From the NCBI GenBank assembly GCA_043808175.1, contig JAZDFE010000002.1, positions 4,906 to 68,905 of the forward strand: DNA of 64,000 nt, read 5' to 3'. The position numbers and the translations under genes are program-made. The number at the start of each line of letters is the position of its first letter. Within the stretch, counting starts at the first letter, position 1. A model generated the notes under the pieces. That model saw only the letters and a program-made list of their open reading frames with translations. It was not told the DNA's origin and ran no database searches. This document shows positions 61,601-64,000 of the stretch, piece after piece. The stretch comes from Candidatus Omnitrophota bacterium (GTDB lineage Bacteria > Omnitrophota > Omnitrophia > Omnitrophales > Aquincolibacteriaceae).

Positions 61601-63974
61601 ACGGCTCACCCTTGACCCTGATTTTGGCATACGGACTTCCTTGCTGAATGCGTAATGAACCAAAGAGGCGGGAATCGGTCTCGAAGAGCCTCGTCGTTCC
61701 TATGAACTCCAGGTTACGCGAAAGCGTCGGGATCGTGGCTTGGGGATCGATAAATATGAACCCCACCTCAAGATCGAATTCCCACCTTCTGACATTTTCA
61801 ATCGCTTTCCTGTTCTGCTCTACCGTCACTCCTTTCCCATAATGCCTTAATTGCTCTGGATCGCCAGACTCGATCCCTAGATAGAGTTTTTCCACGCCCG
61901 CACGCCGCAGCAGGCGAAATACTTTATCAACTCTTGCTTCCCTTCTCTTTGTTTCTTCCGGATCGTCACGGACGAAAGGAGCGACATTGTCGGCACGAAC
62001 CGATACCTTTCTGATCGGAACCGGCTTTTTACCCATCGTTTTCCGCTTTTTATTGATCTCGATCATGTGATTCGCGAACTCTTCGACGCGATCCATCGAA
62101 TGTTCAAAATCTTCTTTTTCTTTAACGGGCCCAACAAATTCAGAATCCACGATGTAGAACGCTTTTGCCCCATTCTTGATCAACTTGTCAATTCGATCGA
62201 ATACCCACTTTAACGGAAAAGGCCGCCAAATAGCCCCAAAGCCGCCCTGGATCGAACAAAATGTGCAGTGTCCATACGGACAACCGCGGCTCGTTTCGAT
62301 GCCGTAGTATCCCGTTCCGTCATCCTGGAAGAGCTCGACAGCGTGTTCCTCCGTGATATCGGGATAATCTTCCAGATCCATGCCTTTTTGGGGTTTATTA
62401 AAAACCACCCTCTGGGAATCCGCATCCACGAACGCGACGCCGGGGATCTCCCGATAAAAAGTCATGTCCCGATATTCCGTATTGGATAGAGCTTTATCAT
62501 AAATTTTTTCCAAAGGCTCTTCTCCGTCACCCGCAACGGCGATGACCCCTCCGTAATCTTGCAATTCGTCTTGTTCCAAAAGTTCCCGATAGCCGAATGT
62601 GGGTAGCGTATTTCCCAGCACGATCAACGGCCGGTCATCGCCCATCTCTTTGAACTTTTTCACCAAATAATTTAAGACTACCAGCGAACCCCACTTGGCC
62701 GAAAGACCTACCACGCGCGGTCTTTTTTCTTTGATCTCTTTAAAGATCGCATCATACAGATCATTCCATTGCTGCTCAGTCCATTCACCCTTCCGACCGG
62801 GAGCTTTCTTTTCCCATTCACGCAGGCGCTGATTCATATCAACAATGGATACCGACGCAGCCGGGATCTTAACCCGCATATAGGCCGCCAGCGTTTCGAC
62901 CGCAAGAGGCTCTTGCCAGCGTTCTTTATATTTTGGCGCAATGAGATTCACCAACACCAAATCCGAAGTAGTAGTTCGATGTCCAAGTATGAATCGGATC
63001 TTATCCCGCACTTCAGAGCGACGATTATCTCGATAAACCTCGGCGGCGGGAAAGGTCATAACATTGAGCGTGAGACGCTGTTCGATCAGGGGCGTCGCGG
63101 AGTGAACGCCGAGGGCTTCCACCGAAGACGCGATCGCGCGGAGTTCGGTGCGGGTGGAAGCGGCATCTCCCTGCATGGTTTTTTCAGGTTCAACGTATTG
63201 CAGCATTCCACCCCGCCCTTTACGGAACCAGTAAGGATCTTTGGCCGCAAGAGCCGCCACAGCTGCTCGGTCGGCCCCTATGACCGTATCGCTTTTTACG
63301 GTTCTCCTGATGACTACAGGGGTGTCGCTTCGTATCACACGATTCATCGCCTGATCGATGCCCCAACGACGATTCCCGGTCACCAGGCGATAATTCCAAT
63401 CCCCATTGACGAAGATCAAATCCGAACGGTCTTTCAAACTTCCGGGCTTTTTATCATAGGTCATCCCTGAGGTGGAGAATGGGTCGGTGGAAACGACGAG
63501 CTTCGCTTCCTGTTTCAGGGCTTCCAGCCGGTGCCCCAATCGGGATATCTTTTCATCGGGAGATGCTTTCAATTGTGCGAGAGTATCGTCGACATCTTTT
63601 TGCGTTGTATCACTGACCAAGAATGGGTAATTTCTGACATTGAAAATGACCCGTTCAACGAGGCTGCTGTCCAATAAATACTGCGCCAACCAAAGATCAG
63701 ACACGATCTCGGGACCGACGTTATCCGTGTCCAATTCCAGGGTCTTGACCGAACGGCTTTGAAATTTTCTTATGATCGCTTCCCGGTGGTCGATCAAATA
63801 ATTCCGCTTTGAGTCAGGATCGATCGGGTTCGAGGGATCATAATTGTTGGACCAAAGACCCGCATCAAGCAGGAACGATAATCGATCGGCGGTTCCTGAT
63901 TTTACAAATCGAGCCATCAAATCCGGCAGCCCCTTGGGGGAGGTAAGAAACTCGTTTAAAGCTTGTTGTTTCAT
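55620..63974 (-). CDS. 2,784-aa multi-module fusion protein: DUF89/ARMT1-like phosphatase - B12-binding/radical SAM - GlnE-like nucleotidyltransferase - phosphoglycosyl (polyprenyl-P sugar) transferase - GT4 glycosyltransferase - HIT-like - unknown C-terminal module
   Basis: Uninterrupted ORF. Motifs in order: DTDNVGPE / NGDWNYRL; SRGCPYGHCTFCS; GSVAREEMTYNSDVDVFIVF and DLRSIKKGWGMMRDI; QQKRVGFRGKPFTIFELRSL and DELPQLWNILKGEMTIYGPRP; EPFGIVSIEGQASGVPVIVSDGGGLPE; VPHMHLHLYP. Confidence 0.85.
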   Translation of the reverse strand: MKQQALNEFLTSPKGLPDLMARFVKSGTADRLSFLLDAGLWSNNYDPSNPIDPDSKRNYLIDHREAIIRKFQSRSVKTLELDTDNVGPEIVSDLWLAQYLLDSSLVERVIFNVRNYPFLVSDTTQKDVDDTLAQLKASPDEKISRLGHRLEALKQEAKLVVSTDPFSTSGMTYDKKPGSLKDRSDLIFVNGDWNYRLVTGNRRWGIDQAMNRVIRSDTPVVIRRTVKSDTVIGADRAAVAALAAKDPYWFRKGRGGMLQYVEPEKTMQGDAASTRTELRAIASSVEALGVHSATPLIEQRLTLNVMTFPAAEVYRDNRRSEVRDKIRFILGHRTTTSDLVLVNLIAPKYKERWQEPLAVETLAAYMRVKIPAASVSIVDMNQRLREWEKKAPGRKGEWTEQQWNDLYDAIFKEIKEKRPRVVGLSAKWGSLVVLNYLVKKFKEMGDDRPLIVLGNTLPTFGYRELLEQDELQDYGGVIAVAGDGEEPLEKIYDKALSNTEYRDMTFYREIPGVAFVDADSQRVVFNKPQKGMDLEDYPDITEEHAVELFQDDGTGYYGIETSRGCPYGHCTFCSIQGGFGAIWRPFPLKWVFDRIDKLIKNGAKAFYIVDSEFVGPVKEKEDFEHSMDRVEEFANHMIEINKKRKTMGKKPVPIRKVSVRADNVAPFVRDDPEETKRREARVDKVFRLLRRAGVEKLYLGIESGDPEQLRHYGKGVTVEQNRKAIENVRRWEFDLEVGFIFIDPQATIPTLSRNLEFIGTTRLFETDSRLFGSLRIQQGSPYAKIRVKGEPLTTGPMKLDNLSYDSNYQDPNVPEIQKIIENWEKVADGTIKYLGRIKKRFYFSVSNWKITQPVVVEAVKIIQDILNAIFKILHGLLKWRWLNALNFNGLSNDKNIDTYLLKLRKLDFDFVKGIVDSYLEAERAPEASRDSALNAAIDAAGEKFVAQRAALFNEIEAAKLVDAEGRLMSVILPAARESNKAFNLPLLIFHKAMNPNPSSLITIDTGRRPKGEDSKGSRSEMRTNPQKEGLAPNVTDHSSFSGISVAKANTARFLEASRATFEGVYKNPAWAGRKIALLGAGSVAREEMTYNSDVDVFIVFDSKQDDQQLFRDQFISAIQERGYNDIDAWTGTVEEFQELCRGNPFDAEKAKQLSFIIGDSNLYSQIQATPHYPFLFNIEKDPIAVVSIFFDAWDYEREHRNLESLDLRSIKKGWGMMRDILTICMIGKTAFRSLGMSSIEVLNNMRKNGTISASEFEQLELALDFFLRVRETLHKIRDESPQQLIKKNHENPQAGQEFLKGRDMRDVITHDFADRLAPQLGLQSGEAVFKRLEAHKKNVMKIKERMICASLEAFNRGHDWVKLFNKAWDKEKKSARADQLEVLRAGIARGDDGYPILFALAWNSMYSTVLENIYHLDATQYGGKHSLLGILFALGCNLHTPRSILQELITKQGDEYKEIKRAARNSMEFISRNRIAGDEKFVTRSEMRQDFGQNRSFFAISPTSSWMRLLDLTTVMIAAIPSMALLAVLIPLIKIANPKMSWLFQQKRVGFRGKPFTIFELRSLDRKNEPIKLFEFPLGSFLKYSGIDELPQLWNILKGEMTIYGPRPHQELVIRESGFEKEYRDEVLAARIPGFLSLYASEIGPGRGPEQQDDFRRIIDLNNAEMNSWGPGMMAEIVRRTGWKILGQLSGSSASSQARSEMRDEDANDPDRPDKERLTDGIGNRSEVRTAVEEPEQGFVRAWASFFVDLNTIPSQRAPGEGLSAQGVRHLVFFCPLQLTTGGVQTYQSNMIKALLRTEKNLTIDWLYLNFATAPTENSLKNLKTGNGLVLHGIPARTAAGAVLSDQEQADHVGRSLEKIHAREPIQLIALNSSTPHFQMMQKALSFANRFSVASQYFFHGGPITEGVRYLIRHADTAVTGSKAYEKVFSGLGIENVGTLYPVTDMSYFSAARTENDRRAVQKLKDQYGLQGRKVILHPGRITPRKGQEVTIRAVAALIKKDPGLAAKVVVVIVGPERDPAARERFRLRQLARQLGVDVIFVEDQPSERMRDWYDLSSMAVYPTLGSEPFGIVSIEGQASGVPVIVSDGGGLPETLENGKTGFVTRRGDPQELAERIRELVIDEGKRDRMAEAGRRFVDERFALSVTLRDLTKAYLNAFHARLSKQAFPSPNLPLSTQEAAVVLSSVYNETVPPRKEISQGARSSVVEEKVVSGTNLVEELRRSWWKKFDESRVFWEQTQTAVMPVTNDRKVPLAYDPALVPMRKYGPFQRLLLPKLNARPAVSVNRDAESLFDNKESYDAESAEKYFQDPFNPDYFVRAGTYPKVEFDSLIVTKKWQKQWLTEKALDVEFGWVRAGAVTEFHRSEAFVPHMHLHLYPPEVVPMAEFRGSFVPEEEAGDVSIGKTGYPVPHIALRSGDSKALRDAALQLAESLEAERQWFIQSAFLDANGRDIIVMFFIYKKESQPVAFSPVGFIKAKSAALDDAMPDLMRDYFGDRTAFEALKQRLWAGWKRSSDVSVQSENRRATLNWTAQRVFVTDKVPRSGAVGRSEVRKISGETEKGKQGTEEKNTLGVERRALSEAESQHFDPPLQSEGRIRPDPKNRAEMREDKMVKAIRKSVQLATVFVDAEDFPNLSLAQKNEYFYAALSGRGVRIVVYNERGQVQDKELGALLKLDRVTRTDRDLAGSQISFDRPGAPSIHLSKKILPSQELVQRLRKKVSFFKTQGQNGGTLAAALLWAWSGGEDARLREISRGRDGFWIVAESLVNALQRSYDATLAFAVAA

Positions 63975-64000
63975 AGGAGCGAATGGGTCTTTTTTATTTC

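Noticed and set aside
56151-63152. The RSE[V/M]R motifs as relics of ribosome-binding sites plus ATG/GTG internal starts of formerly separate genes.
   Set aside because: The GAG immediately abuts the M/V codon, so there is no SD spacing. Only two copies contain a GGAGG-like string. One relaxed copy has Leu (CTC). Synonymous codon variation points to peptide-level selection. Internal initiation cannot be fully excluded without data.

Overview
This is a 64-kb bacterial chromosomal window from a diderm-type organism (TolC/RND efflux, lipoboxes). Nearly all genes are on the minus strand. From left to right the content is as follows. (1) A REC-Hpt-REC phosphorelay. (2) Decayed RND-pump and phosphofructokinase remnants. 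(3) A tolC-MFP-RND efflux operon. (4) A HAMP-PP2C phosphatase. (5) An 849-aa coiled-coil protein built from 642-bp tandem repeats. (6) TPR proteins, galE and an SGNH/TPR hydrolase. (7) tpx, an aldo-keto reductase, a macro-domain protein, a PAS histidine kinase, YjbQ, and flavodoxin-like, GYD, cyclophilin-like and Sir2 proteins. (8) An accessory island at about 27.9-36.5 kb. Its right part (about 32.3-36.5 kb) is visibly more AT-rich. It holds three type II TA pairs, an orphan XRE regulator, a duplicated sRNA candidate, a duplicated small metallopeptidase gene and a three-nuclease operon. (9) An ABC-2 exporter, initiator tRNA-fMet, an SGNH hydrolase, an HMGL-like aldolase plus eda, uvrB, nadC and valS. 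(10) A hom-thrC-(apgM-type kinase)-lysC-cimA operon. (11) A 2,784-aa seven-module fusion protein. Four things seem most worth a second look. First, the giant fusion ORF carries an R-S-E-[V/M]-R motif in nearly every inter-module linker. Second, two interspersed repeat families fill the intergenic space: AT-loop hairpin-module arrays and GC-rich CCACG/CGTGG heptad palindromes. Both families are also inserted in frame inside essential genes (uvrB, valS). Third, a ~155-nt multi-stem element is present twice, with compensatory stem changes between the copies. Fourth, a promoter-to-terminator sRNA-like unit is present twice in the TA island. No rRNA, CRISPR array, intact transposase or integrase was seen. 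All calls come from reading the sequence and translations by eye; no database search was run.
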